A DNA stretch of 24,954 bases, taken from IMG/VR virus record IMGVR_UViG_3300010389_000128, positions 1-24,954 of that record; one strand, given 5' to 3'. The stretch is from a virus. Taxonomy: Duplodnaviria; Caudoviricetes. Positions 9,420-19,515 of the stretch are shown here, in pieces (position 1 is the stretch's first letter; every line of letters begins with the position of its first letter). The notes beneath the pieces were generated by a model. The model did not search any database and had not been told where the DNA came from. It worked only from the letters and a program-made list of their open reading frames with translations. Made by a program: the position numbers and the translations under genes.

Positions 9420-9617
9420 ATGTTTAAGATCGGTGATCTAGTCCAGTATAAAATACCAAACAAAAACTATAACTCCCAACTGGAAGCGGTAAACAACAAC
9501 CGGTTGGGGGTTGTTTTACAAAGTGATATTATGTACACAACCGTATTATGGTGTGATATAATAGATAAAGATAATGAAGGTTATATCAAAACAAACTGGC
9601 TAATAAAAATAAACTAA
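9420..9617 (+). CDS. Small SH3/KOW-like paralog 7
   Basis: 'FKIGDLVQY...GVVL...TVLW'. Confidence 0.7.
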   Translation: MFKIGDLVQYKIPNKNYNSQLEAVNNNRLGVVLQSDIMYTTVLWCDIIDKDNEGYIKTNWLIKIN

Positions 9618-9634
9618 CTGATAGGAGTAAATAA

Positions 9635-11356
9635 ATGATTATAAACGGTGATAGTTTTGAAGAGTTAAAGAAGCTAGAAGATAATAGTGTGGATAGTATT
9701 GTTACTGATCCTCCATATGATATCGGCTTTATGAATAAGAAGTGGGATAAAAAATCTCTTATTACAAACGTAGACTTTTGGAAAGAGTGTTTGCGTGTTC
9801 TAAAACCAGGAGGACATTTATTATCTTTTGGTCATAGTCGTACAAGTCATCGTATGGTTATAGCAGTAGAAGATGCTGGTTTTGAGATAAGAGATACTAT
9901 TATGTGGATGTATGGTTCAGGGTTTCCTAAATCACATAATGTTGCTATTGCAATAGATAAAAAACTTGGTAAAATGGGTCATAGAGGAAAAGAGTTTGAT
10001 ACCGGTGCAAAAGACGCTTATGATAAACCAAAAAGAAAAATGGAAGGTGTAGAACAACACCAAGCAATAAGCGATGAAGCCAAGGAATGGCAAGGTTGGG
10101 GAACAGCACTAAAACCTGCCTATGAACCTATTGTAATGGCTCGTAAGCCATTAGCGGAAAAGAACGTAGCAGAAAACGTTATGAAGTGGGGAACAGGCGG
10201 TATAAACATAGACGATAGTAGAGTAGAAACATCAGGAGAAGATTTTAGTAATGTTAAAGGAAGAGCAATAAAAAAACTTACTAATAATAGAAGTGACGAA
10301 GAATCACTAAACGGTCCAAAGCAACAAGAAGCCCTACGTAAACTAAAAGAACTTGGTAGGTTTCCAGCAAATATTATTTTAGATAAAGAAGCAGGTGATC
10401 ATTTAGACGAACAAAGTGGACCAACAAAAGCTTCTTTTGTAAGAAATAAAACAGATGGAGCAAGACCTTTCAATAACGAAGGTGAAGCGACAAACTATAC
10501 AAGTGAAAAAATAAATGTAGAAGAAGATGGTAAAGGTGCAAGTAGATACTTTAAAAGTATTGATACAGAGTTATGCGCATCAATAGAACAACAAGAACAC
10601 AAAGAACCACAACCTAACTGTGAACCTATTGTTGTTGCTCGTAAACCATTAGCGGAAAAAACTGTTGCTGATAATGTTCTTAAACACGGAACCGGTGCAA
10701 TCAATATTGGCGATAGTAGAATAGGTGAAGAAAAAATAATAACAAACGGTAAAGGTAATAAGTTTGTAGAAAACAATCCTCATGGACAAAGAACCGGTGA
10801 AAGTGTATTAGGCGTAAATAAAGAAAATGTTGGTAGGTTCCCTGCTAATGTTATTCTTGACGAACAAGCAGGTGAAGTTTTAGATAAACAAGCACCAAAA
10901 GTTGGAAGTTTATTTAGTGCAAAAAGAAAAAAAGATACAACAGGTGGTTCAGGTGATAGTTGGACAAATGGTGGAAATAAAGCCGGTGAAGATAATGGCT
11001 TTTATGATGGTTTAGGTGGTGCTTCACGTTTCTTTTATTGTCCAAAAGTTTCTACAAGAGAAAGAAATCTAAACTGTGATAGTTTAAAAGATAAAGAGTG
11101 GGATAAAGAAGGAGCGGCAATACCAGAAAGAGCTAATAGACCTTTCAAACCTTCTAAAAACAATCATCCAACTGTTAAGCCAATAAAACTTATGGAATAC
11201 CTTGTAAGACTTGTAACAAAGAAAGGTGGTGTTGTATTAGATCCCTTTGCTGGTTCAGGTTCAACAGGAGTTGCTTGTAAGAACCTTGGTATGAACTATA
11301 TTATGATAGAAAGGGAAGAGGAGTATTGCGAGATAATAAGGGCTAGATTAAGTTAG
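9635..11356 (+). CDS. DNA N6-adenine/N4-cytosine methyltransferase (beta class) with internal duplication
   Basis: Motif IV 'VTDPPY' is N-terminal; 'RVLKPGG', 'HPTVKP' and motif I 'DPFAGSGSTG' follow; AGGAG RBS. Confidence 0.93.
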   Translation: MIINGDSFEELKKLEDNSVDSIVTDPPYDIGFMNKKWDKKSLITNVDFWKECLRVLKPGGHLLSFGHSRTSHRMVIAVEDAGFEIRDTIMWMYGSGFPKSHNVAIAIDKKLGKMGHRGKEFDTGAKDAYDKPKRKMEGVEQHQAISDEAKEWQGWGTALKPAYEPIVMARKPLAEKNVAENVMKWGTGGINIDDSRVETSGEDFSNVKGRAIKKLTNNRSDEESLNGPKQQEALRKLKELGRFPANIILDKEAGDHLDEQSGPTKASFVRNKTDGARPFNNEGEATNYTSEKINVEEDGKGASRYFKSIDTELCASIEQQEHKEPQPNCEPIVVARKPLAEKTVADNVLKHGTGAINIGDSRIGEEKIITNGKGNKFVENNPHGQRTGESVLGVNKENVGRFPANVILDEQAGEVLDKQAPKVGSLFSAKRKKDTTGGSGDSWTNGGNKAGEDNGFYDGLGGASRFFYCPKVSTRERNLNCDSLKDKEWDKEGAAIPERANRPFKPSKNNHPTVKPIKLMEYLVRLVTKKGGVVLDPFAGSGSTGVACKNLGMNYIMIEREEEYCEIIRARLS

Positions 11357-12755
11357 TAGGTATTTTATAACCTATTATCTCAACTGTGCAGGCAACATCA
11401 AGCAGGTTGCCTGCACCTAATGTTGGAGCAATATAACAACCATTAATACTTGCAACAGGTATAAGACCGGTAAGAGTAAAAAACTCTTCACTAGCAGAGA
11501 TAGTAGAACTTGAAACAATAATACCATTTGCAGCTGTTGTTCTTTTTAGATTTGTTTTAATGTGATAGGTATTACACTTATTAGTAGAACGTTCTCTTAC
11601 AGACAAACGCCAGTTTACTTCGTAGTTAGAGTTTTGTTGTAAGTTAGTTATGTATATTCTTTCGTCAAAAGTGCCTGGAAGGTTTGGAACTCCATTTGTA
11701 TAAACAGAATAACTTGCTTTTACAACAAAATCTTCATCTAAAACACCACTTGATACATCTAACTGTTTAGCGTTGTTATAAACAATAAAACTATTATTTG
11801 TATTTACAGTAGGAATAAGCGTTGAACCTCTTCCAAGATTGTTAAAGAAGTCACAGTTTATAAAAGTAAAAGATGTATCTGTAAAGTCAGTCCCAATAGT
11901 ACAACCAGTAATAACATTACCACTACCATTTTGTGGTGTAGAAGAAGGAAGGGTTGTAACACCTGGATACTCTACAAGATTTATAATAGGAGAAACAGCG
12001 CTAATAGAGTTAGATATAAACCCTTTGTTTGTATTGATAGTAAAACGATAAGTTAAACTTTCTATAATATTCCAAGTTGTTATGTTGTTGAATAAACCAG
12101 AGAAAGAAGCAAAGTTTGCGCTATTCAGTTTTAGATCTGTAAAGGCAGTTTCAGTTATTTTGAAAACCAATCCTTCTATTCTTGGGGCATAACCAAGAAT
12201 AAAACCACCAAAAGTAGCAGAAGTATCATAGGCAGCAAATACATTTCTAACGTTTGTAAGTTTTAAGTTTGTTATTGTTACAAGCGTCATAAAACTTGTA
12301 GCATCAAAGTCAGTATTGCCATCTAAATCGCCAGCAACAAAAGCACCAAAAGGTCTTGAAGTATCATTATTTATAATAAGATCTTTAAAAGTATATTTAG
12401 AAACCTTTTGTTGATCATCACACACACCAAAGTCAAATACAGGTATTTCAGTATTGCCTGCTTGATTGTAGTTGTATGAACCACTTGTTGTATTGCCGTT
12501 ATAGATACGAGCACCACCAACACTTTGTATTATTATTTCTCTTGGTGCACTTTCACTAACAACAAACTGACGAAGCTTAATAGGTTCTGTAATGGTTATG
12601 TCGCCAGCAATCTGTATAGTGCCTACACCATTAGGTAAACCATATACTTTTGTAAGCGCTACTTTTAGTTCAGCAGCACTATAAACTTTTATTATTGCGT
12701 TTTGTTCGCGGCTTTCACCTTTACCAAAGGTGCGTTTTGGTCCTATTAGTGTCAT
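11343..12755 (-). CDS. Putative tailspike / beta-helix-like structural protein
   Basis: ATG 12755 directly follows the upstream stop; 'AAELKVAL.....GTIQIAGDITITEPI' resembles a beta-helix cap; N/T/S/I-rich. Confidence 0.5.
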   Translation of the reverse strand: MTLIGPKRTFGKGESREQNAIIKVYSAAELKVALTKVYGLPNGVGTIQIAGDITITEPIKLRQFVVSESAPREIIIQSVGGARIYNGNTTSGSYNYNQAGNTEIPVFDFGVCDDQQKVSKYTFKDLIINNDTSRPFGAFVAGDLDGNTDFDATSFMTLVTITNLKLTNVRNVFAAYDTSATFGGFILGYAPRIEGLVFKITETAFTDLKLNSANFASFSGLFNNITTWNIIESLTYRFTINTNKGFISNSISAVSPIINLVEYPGVTTLPSSTPQNGSGNVITGCTIGTDFTDTSFTFINCDFFNNLGRGSTLIPTVNTNNSFIVYNNAKQLDVSSGVLDEDFVVKASYSVYTNGVPNLPGTFDERIYITNLQQNSNYEVNWRLSVRERSTNKCNTYHIKTNLKRTTAANGIIVSSSTISASEEFFTLTGLIPVASINGCYIAPTLGAGNLLDVACTVEIIGYKIPTNLI

Positions 12756-12756
12756 G

Positions 12757-14250
12757 CTAGTTACTTGGTCTATTGCGACCAATACCCTTACTTATAATAT
12801 TTACTTTATTATCTATCTTACAAGATCTATCAAAAGAAAGTTCAAAATCGGGACTATCTATACGAACTGCTCTTTGCATCCTTCTGGATCTCATTTCTTT
12901 TTCTGTTAGTGTATTTATTGGTGTCCATACATCAGTCCCTATTATGTTTTCAGCATAAGGAGGAGTAGGAACAGTAGCAGTTTGTTCACTATTACGTAAA
13001 TAAGTTTTTATAACTGTTCCAGGTCTATCACAAGAAGCAGTTATTTCTCTTATAACAGGCGATAAATCAGGTGAAGTAGGGACATTTACCAATAAATGAC
13101 AAACATTTATGTCATAAACAGTTGGATCAGGGGTAAGTTGTGTTGAAGTATTCACAATATCACTATTTCCTACGTAATCAAACACTCTTGTCTTTGTTAA
13201 AAAGAAATCTTTACCATCTTTGTCCTTTAAAACACCAATAACACCAAGATCGTTGATATAATCACTATAAAGCCAGCTTATTTTACCAGTATCAAGGTCA
13301 ATAAAACAACTTTTATTGCTTATAGAGACAATAAAACCCTCTTCCATAGGCAAAATAGAGCCAACACGATAATCTCCACTACTATAAGGACCAACTCGTT
13401 TAGCATTCTTTCTTGTTTTTCTATAACTTGTAAGATTTCTTTTTTGAAATGTCCCAATATCTATTATACCGTCTTTTACAAGGCCTACAACAGCTCCTCT
13501 TGAAGAAGCAGCGTTATTGCTTTGAACTCCTTGATAACCAGGAGTTTTTGCTACAAAGCCTTGTAGTTGATAACCAGCCAAACTATCAGGTGGTATTTGG
13601 TATGTAGCATCAGTACAAACAACAATAAGATTACCACCTTCACCACTTTGGAATAAATCTAATATTGTACCACCAAAGGAAATAGCATTAGGAGCACAAA
13701 TAGTTCTTGGTTCTGTTCCTGGATCATTTACTATTATTTGGTTTTCATAAGCCCAAACAAATCTATCAGCAAAACTACATACACGACCAGGAAATAAGGT
13801 TAGAGCAGGTGTATCAGGGTTGATACTTGGTTTTTTATCTGCTCTTACAAGTGTCCCACCAATAAAACCCCAAAGAGGATAAGGCATAGAAGAACTATTG
13901 ACTATTATTTGGTTATAGTTTATAGCATAACTAAAAGGTTCTAAATCAGTTGTAAGTGGACCAACCTCTACATATGCTAAACAGTTAAAGTCTTCGTCAA
14001 AAATACTTTGATAAAGTATGTTACTAACATTTTTTGTAAAAAGATAATGAAAGACATGACCAGTATTAGCACTTTCACAGGAGAAGCCAAAGATAAAGTT
14101 CGTTTGAGTACCGTTCAATAATCTTGGTCTTAAGACGCCAACATCTTCTATGTCAAGTTTAGAAACAAAACCTTTACGGCTTTCTAATGTTTCAGGTCCA
14201 AGTATAACGTTGTGAAGTTCTACTTGTGGGGATAGTAAGTTTATTTCCAT
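12757..14250 (-). CDS. Putative tail/portal-closure protein, beta-propeller-like (P22 gp10 / T7 gp12 class by inference)
   Basis: 497-aa beta-rich ORF with GAGG RBS; 'CSFADRFVWA' and 'LIVVCTDATYQI' blade-like segments; sits next to ejection-type genes. Confidence 0.45.
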   Translation of the reverse strand: MEINLLSPQVELHNVILGPETLESRKGFVSKLDIEDVGVLRPRLLNGTQTNFIFGFSCESANTGHVFHYLFTKNVSNILYQSIFDEDFNCLAYVEVGPLTTDLEPFSYAINYNQIIVNSSSMPYPLWGFIGGTLVRADKKPSINPDTPALTLFPGRVCSFADRFVWAYENQIIVNDPGTEPRTICAPNAISFGGTILDLFQSGEGGNLIVVCTDATYQIPPDSLAGYQLQGFVAKTPGYQGVQSNNAASSRGAVVGLVKDGIIDIGTFQKRNLTSYRKTRKNAKRVGPYSSGDYRVGSILPMEEGFIVSISNKSCFIDLDTGKISWLYSDYINDLGVIGVLKDKDGKDFFLTKTRVFDYVGNSDIVNTSTQLTPDPTVYDINVCHLLVNVPTSPDLSPVIREITASCDRPGTVIKTYLRNSEQTATVPTPPYAENIIGTDVWTPINTLTEKEMRSRRMQRAVRIDSPDFELSFDRSCKIDNKVNIISKGIGRNRPSN

Positions 14251-14263
14251 ACCATTACCTCTT

Positions 14264-14291
14264 TAATAACCCGAAGCGGGTTATTATTTTT
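14264..14291. other. Perfect 10-bp hairpin between divergent genes, terminator-like on the + strand
   Basis: TAATAACCCG-AAG-CGGGTTATTA followed by TTTTT. Confidence 0.6.
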
Positions 14292-14313
14292 ATAAAGTAT
14301 AGCGAGGAATATT

Positions 14314-14727
14314 ATGAACGATTTAACACCAGAAGAAAGAAGATTGTTACAAGAAATAGCAGAAGCAGAAGGAGCTGGAAGTCTTTGGGGAGATATAGCC
14401 GGTGGAGTACTTGGTATTGGTGGCGGTATCGCCGGCGGTATCGCTGGTGGTATTGGTGGTGCTGCTGGTGGAGTTCCTGGTATTATTGGTGGTGCATTAG
14501 GTGGTATCGGCGCTGGTGTTGCTGGTGGTGGTGCAGCAGGTAAAGCATTAGGTGGTCTTGCTGGTACAGCATACGGTGGAATGAAATCAGAAGAACTACG
14601 AAAACAAATGGAAGAGATACAAAAAAGAAGATTAGAAGAAACACAAGCAAAACAAAAAGGCGAACTTGAAAAACAAGCACGAATGGAAGCGTTCCAAAAA
14701 CTATTAGGTAAATATTCTTCTTTCTAG
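14314..14727 (+). CDS. Glycine-zipper protein with charged coiled tail (pilot/ejection-protein-like)
   Basis: About 60 aa of GGxxGG repeats, then an E/K/Q-rich helix; GAGGA RBS. Confidence 0.6.
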   Translation: MNDLTPEERRLLQEIAEAEGAGSLWGDIAGGVLGIGGGIAGGIAGGIGGAAGGVPGIIGGALGGIGAGVAGGGAAGKALGGLAGTAYGGMKSEELRKQMEEIQKRRLEETQAKQKGELEKQARMEAFQKLLGKYSSF

Positions 14728-14736
14728 GTATAATAA

Positions 14737-15246
14737 ATGACTATATCAAACGGTTCAACAATACTTGCTGCAGATGTAAACGGTTTATTCCAAACCGCTT
14801 TATCTACGTTAAAAAACTATACACAATACAACTATCCCTACAAGCAATGGCAGCAAAGTTTTCGTGTTGATGGTGTTAATAACTCTACCGCAGAATACTT
14901 GAGAACTGTAAGTTTTTATCCAAGAACAGATTGTATCGTTCGTGCTATTCGTATTGATTGTTCTGCTACTTCTAATGGTATAACAGCGACAGCAACAATA
15001 CCAGCACAAATACTACAAGATAATGTTATTGTTGGTGGAAATATAAAAAACGACATAACACTATCAGCAACAAGCGATACTGCTTCTCCTTGGTATGATC
15101 ATACAGGTTTATACATTTTACCAACAGAAGATCTTTTTACAGTTATTGCTGGTGATAGTATTGATATAGTTATTTCAACTGATAGTGCAGCTGTTGCTGA
15201 TGTTTCTATTGTTTTGCTATTGGAAAATAGGATGGAAAGTAAATAA
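14737..15246 (+). CDS. Putative tail structural protein
   Basis: N-terminus 'G.TILAADVN' is typical of fibre attachment segments. Confidence 0.55.
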   Translation: MTISNGSTILAADVNGLFQTALSTLKNYTQYNYPYKQWQQSFRVDGVNNSTAEYLRTVSFYPRTDCIVRAIRIDCSATSNGITATATIPAQILQDNVIVGGNIKNDITLSATSDTASPWYDHTGLYILPTEDLFTVIAGDSIDIVISTDSAAVADVSIVLLLENRMESK

Positions 15247-16331
15247 TGTTTATTAATAATAAAGCACCTGTTCAGTTCAAGGACGGAGACATCTTAAGTC
15301 CAGAAGCACTAAATGAAAATATTTTATTTGTAAAAAAGGCTATTGAAGAACGAGCAAACGAAGAAGTGCATCGTTGGACTTCCACTTATAGTTTAAATCC
15401 AAATGTTTCTACTGTGTTAGATAATACAACAGCAACTTATTACCTTGAACGAGGCATACCTAAAAAAACAGCAAGAGGAAAACAGTCTGGTGGGGCAGAC
15501 ATAGTAATAGAAAGTATTGCTATAACAGCATACTACACAGCAACAAATCCTTTTGTTCTCCAAATCAACGGGACAACTTCTAAAACAATAGAAATACCAG
15601 TAAGAGATAGTTCATTAGCAACTATACCTTTTGATTTAGTAGAACTCGCAAACATAACTCATACAGATCAAGATCCTTTTCTTGTATTATCAGCACCAGG
15701 AGGCGGTGCTTTACCAACAGGAGTAACAATAACAAAGTTTGATATAACTGTTGGTTTTGCCAGCAATAAATACGCAGCAGGTAACAGAAATACTCCAACT
15801 AGTGCGCCTTCTTGCTCTAAACCAGATGTAAATAATGTTATTTATGAATACGATATAGCAAATGATACAAGTTTAAATGCAACAATATTTACTTCTATAA
15901 AAAGTGGTTTAGAACAGTTAGCAACCGAATCTATGAAAGGTACACCAGTTAGATGGGGTATGGTTGAATACTCAAATATAAATAGTGTAGCTCAAAATAA
16001 ATGGTACAAACCAGTTCCAGCATTTACACGAGCTGTTTGGGCAACACAAGAAACAGCGCCAAGAAGATGTAGTATAGTAGTAGAAGGATACACCGCAGTT
16101 ACTACCAATATAACATATGGTTTGGCTGATTCTTCTGGTACAAACATACCAAGCAGCACAGATTCTCGAACAAGTGTTACTGGTGATTTTTATTTTGAAT
16201 ACCAACTTCCATCTGCTGGTTCAGTAGTATTCACAGGTGCGACAAACGTAAAAACAGATGATATTTATTTTAAACTATCAACATCCGCCGGAACGATACA
16301 AAGGGCAACACTTTATATAGTATATCAATAG
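15246..16331 (+). CDS. Putative tail structural protein
   Basis: TAATG-coupled; N-terminus 'F.DGDILS...LNEN'; T/S-rich beta composition. Confidence 0.55.
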   Translation: MFINNKAPVQFKDGDILSPEALNENILFVKKAIEERANEEVHRWTSTYSLNPNVSTVLDNTTATYYLERGIPKKTARGKQSGGADIVIESIAITAYYTATNPFVLQINGTTSKTIEIPVRDSSLATIPFDLVELANITHTDQDPFLVLSAPGGGALPTGVTITKFDITVGFASNKYAAGNRNTPTSAPSCSKPDVNNVIYEYDIANDTSLNATIFTSIKSGLEQLATESMKGTPVRWGMVEYSNINSVAQNKWYKPVPAFTRAVWATQETAPRRCSIVVEGYTAVTTNITYGLADSSGTNIPSSTDSRTSVTGDFYFEYQLPSAGSVVFTGATNVKTDDIYFKLSTSAGTIQRATLYIVYQ

Positions 16332-16341
16332 AGGATAAAAA

Positions 16342-17565
16342 ATGATTTATAATAAAGCAAACTATTCAACATCAAAACCTGGTTTACCAGTAGTAGATGA
16401 CGACTACAAAAAGAAACTTGCTATGGAACTAGCAAGAAGTAAAGGCGAAGGAAACAATCCTGCTGTCAGTTCTCCTGCTTTTGGTGGAGGAAAACAACAA
16501 GATGTAGCAACACAAAATACACCAAAAGAAACAGAAAAAAAACAAAATACAGATAGTTTGCCTGTAAATAATCGTGTAAGTTCTGGTGTATCAAACCAAG
16601 CCGCTCTTGATGCCGCTATACAAAGAAAGCAACAAGATACAAGTAAAACTGTCGGAGAGATTGATACAAGCAATGTAAAAAGATTTGGTGGTAGTTATCA
16701 AGCAGGAAGTGGAGCAGCACAAGGTATAGTAAATGCTCCTGGTGGTTTAACTCCTGGTATTGGTCTTGGGACAACTTATACAAGAGGAGGAAGAGATGTA
16801 GTAGATCCTGGTTCTATTCCACCAACATTACCAGGTGCGCCTGATGCACCAGATGATTTACAAGATCTTACAGAAGCAGCAATAAGAGATCTACTAACTG
16901 GTGCTGGTGTTGATACAGCAGAAGAAAAAGAAGCAAGAAGACAACAAGCAGCAGTAGATGAAGCAAAAAAAATACAAGCATTAAGAGCAAAGACCGGTCT
17001 TGGTGGTATGGGACTAACAGGGGCAGCAGGAGCGCTTGAAGCACAAATAAGAGCCGAAGGTACAAGAGGTCGTGCTATAACAGAAGCAGAACTTGATAGA
17101 GCAGCAAGAGAAGAAGCATTAAGAAGAACACAAGTAGGTATTGGTGCTGGTCAAGCAGAACGTGGTATGGGTATTAAAGAAGAAGTTTATGGTTTGGAAA
17201 GAGATCTTTACGAGAAAGAACTGGATAGAGATATTGACGGTGATGGAACAGTAGCCGGCACTCCTGTTAGTGATACAGTAGGTAATGCTGATCCAAGTGA
17301 TAATCCAGGAGCAGAAGAAGAAGAAGACGAACTAGCTATAAGTGAATCAGAACGCACCGCCAAAGCTTTATTGGAAGAACAATATAACCAACCTTTCGAT
17401 CAGATTTCGGAAGGTAGCGATGCCGACAAAGCTGCTTGGAACAATAAAAAAATAACTACTTATACTGACAAATATGGAAGAACAGTAGAAATATTTGAAA
17501 GACCAGGAGATCCTAACGCAAATCCTCCTGTTCCAAAGTCTTACTTTAAGAAAACATTTGAATAA
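16342..17565 (+). CDS. Putative internal virion/ejection protein
   Basis: Low-complexity G/A/E/Q-rich helical and disordered sequence; GAGGATAAAAAATG start. Confidence 0.5.
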   Translation: MIYNKANYSTSKPGLPVVDDDYKKKLAMELARSKGEGNNPAVSSPAFGGGKQQDVATQNTPKETEKKQNTDSLPVNNRVSSGVSNQAALDAAIQRKQQDTSKTVGEIDTSNVKRFGGSYQAGSGAAQGIVNAPGGLTPGIGLGTTYTRGGRDVVDPGSIPPTLPGAPDAPDDLQDLTEAAIRDLLTGAGVDTAEEKEARRQQAAVDEAKKIQALRAKTGLGGMGLTGAAGALEAQIRAEGTRGRAITEAELDRAAREEALRRTQVGIGAGQAERGMGIKEEVYGLERDLYEKELDRDIDGDGTVAGTPVSDTVGNADPSDNPGAEEEEDELAISESERTAKALLEEQYNQPFDQISEGSDADKAAWNNKKITTYTDKYGRTVEIFERPGDPNANPPVPKSYFKKTFE

Positions 17566-17584
17566 TACAATAAGAGGATAAAAA

Positions 17585-19513
17585 ATGGCTATATCAGATT
17601 ACATACTTTCTCAACTACGAGCAAGACAAACATTAGCAGAGCAAGATTATAATAGAAGACAACTAGCACTTCAACAAGAACAAGCAAGAATACAAAGAGA
17701 ACAGCAACGACAACAACAACTTTTACAAAGTATTGGTGCTGTTGGTGATGTAGCCGTTAAAGGTATTAGCATGGGTGCTGGTATGTTAGAAGAACAAGCA
17801 GCAAAAGAAGCTGCTGGTCGTTTAGCAGAAGCACAAGCACGAGCAGAACTATCTGGTTTAGAAGAGATTACACCAGAACAAATGGAAGTACAAGAAGAAC
17901 TACCACAAATGCTTGAAGGTATAGCTCCAGAAGGTCCTATGCCTACTGCTGGTATAGAAGATAAACTTGCTGCTCTAAAACCTCCTGCACCAGAACCAGA
18001 ACCATTACAGCCAAGACCTACTGGTCCAGAAGCAGATAGAGCAAAAGAAGTAGAAAAAATAAAAAGTGAAACAGAACAAAGAAGTGCTGCTCGTAAAGCA
18101 ATAGAAGGTATGGGTTTATTAGGTGTAGAAGATTTAACAGCGCCAGAAGAACCACCAGAAGAAACTATGGAGTTTACATTAGAAGATGTTTATGGTCCAG
18201 CCAAACCTGTTGTAAAAGAACCAACTATGGAAGAACCAACTATGGAAGAACCAGATCTACCAGAAGGCGACTTCCAACCAGAAGTTGAAGCAGTAGAACC
18301 TCCAAAAGAAGATAAAGTAGAACAAGCAATAGAAAAAGCAGAAAAGATGTCTGGTATGCGTATAAGAAAGTTTGTTAAAAGTCCTAACCAACTAGCACAA
18401 GAAATAGTAGACCAAGTATATGCTAAAAAACCACAAGGCAATCCTCTTTTACAGTTCTTCTCTGGCGATCCATCAAAGATGGAAAGAGAAAAACTTATTG
18501 CAAAAGCAGCTGTTGCTAAACAAATAAAAGATACAAGAAAAAACCTTTTAGAAGAAGATTATAACCGCTTTATAAAAGAAAGAGGTTTGGATCTAAAACA
18601 AAAGCAGTTAGAAATAGCAGAAATAGCAAAAAATGCTGCTCTTGTTAGAGCACAAAGAAACGAGATAAGACTTAAAACAAATCTTCCAAGTGCCGATAGA
18701 AAAGTATTATTTGGATATAAGCAAGCACAAGATCAGTTAGGAAGAACTGTAAAGTATGCAAAAAAACTTTTAGATAATGGTGAAGGATTTCCTATCGGTA
18801 AAGTTCGTGCTGCTATTCAGGCATACATCAACGAAAATGCTGGTGTAGAAGGAAGTATTGCTACTGGTATAGGAGCTGGTGCTGGCATTCCTGTTGGTGG
18901 CCTAAATGTAAACATAAACCAAGCCAGAACAAAAGAAATAGATGCTGACTTACTAAACGATGCGTTTAAAGCATTAGATAAAACAAACCTTTCTACAAAC
19001 CAAAGACAGTTTTTACAAAATCTAAATATTGCTATACAGAACATCGGTAAAAGTATGGAAGGCGGAAAACTAACAGATAAAGATTTACTTTTTTATCTTG
19101 ATAATCTTATCTCAAGTGACGATCCGCAAAGTGCTCTTATCAGTATCAACGATCTTATGGAAAGAAACTTTGATGAGTTTAATGCTTTACGTGAGAACCT
19201 TGCTGGTTCTTATGAGATGTCAGCGCTTGCTGGTTTTGAACCAATACAGCCTACACTATTTACAGAAGAAGAAATAGAAAGCGCTTTTGAAGCCGGTATT
19301 GGACCTGAAGCTGCTGCTATGGGTCAAAGAGCACAAATGGGTATGGGAGCGCCACAAACACAGTTGAGTAGTGGTGTATCGCAAGCACTAAATAAAATCT
19401 TACAAGCACTACAAACAGAAACAAATCCAGGAAGAAAACAAAGATTGATAAAACAAGCACAAGAACTCATGCAACAACAAAGTAATCTTGGTACTGGCTT
19501 TCCAGGGGAATAA
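17585..19513 (+). CDS. Putative internal virion/ejection protein
   Basis: Q-rich coiled N-terminus, P/E-rich linker (15-nt tandem repeat EPTME near 18216-18253), 'GGKLTDKD' motif; same GAGGATAAAAAATG start. Confidence 0.55.
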   Translation: MAISDYILSQLRARQTLAEQDYNRRQLALQQEQARIQREQQRQQQLLQSIGAVGDVAVKGISMGAGMLEEQAAKEAAGRLAEAQARAELSGLEEITPEQMEVQEELPQMLEGIAPEGPMPTAGIEDKLAALKPPAPEPEPLQPRPTGPEADRAKEVEKIKSETEQRSAARKAIEGMGLLGVEDLTAPEEPPEETMEFTLEDVYGPAKPVVKEPTMEEPTMEEPDLPEGDFQPEVEAVEPPKEDKVEQAIEKAEKMSGMRIRKFVKSPNQLAQEIVDQVYAKKPQGNPLLQFFSGDPSKMEREKLIAKAAVAKQIKDTRKNLLEEDYNRFIKERGLDLKQKQLEIAEIAKNAALVRAQRNEIRLKTNLPSADRKVLFGYKQAQDQLGRTVKYAKKLLDNGEGFPIGKVRAAIQAYINENAGVEGSIATGIGAGAGIPVGGLNVNINQARTKEIDADLLNDAFKALDKTNLSTNQRQFLQNLNIAIQNIGKSMEGGKLTDKDLLFYLDNLISSDDPQSALISINDLMERNFDEFNALRENLAGSYEMSALAGFEPIQPTLFTEEEIESAFEAGIGPEAAAMGQRAQMGMGAPQTQLSSGVSQALNKILQALQTETNPGRKQRLIKQAQELMQQQSNLGTGFPGE

Positions 19514-19515
19514 CT

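Noticed and set aside
9635-11356. Complete restriction-modification system
   Set aside because: No adjacent restriction endonuclease; an orphan phage MTase is the simpler reading.
14390-14580. GGT-rich repeat as a DNA-level element
   Set aside because: Fully explained by glycine-zipper coding.
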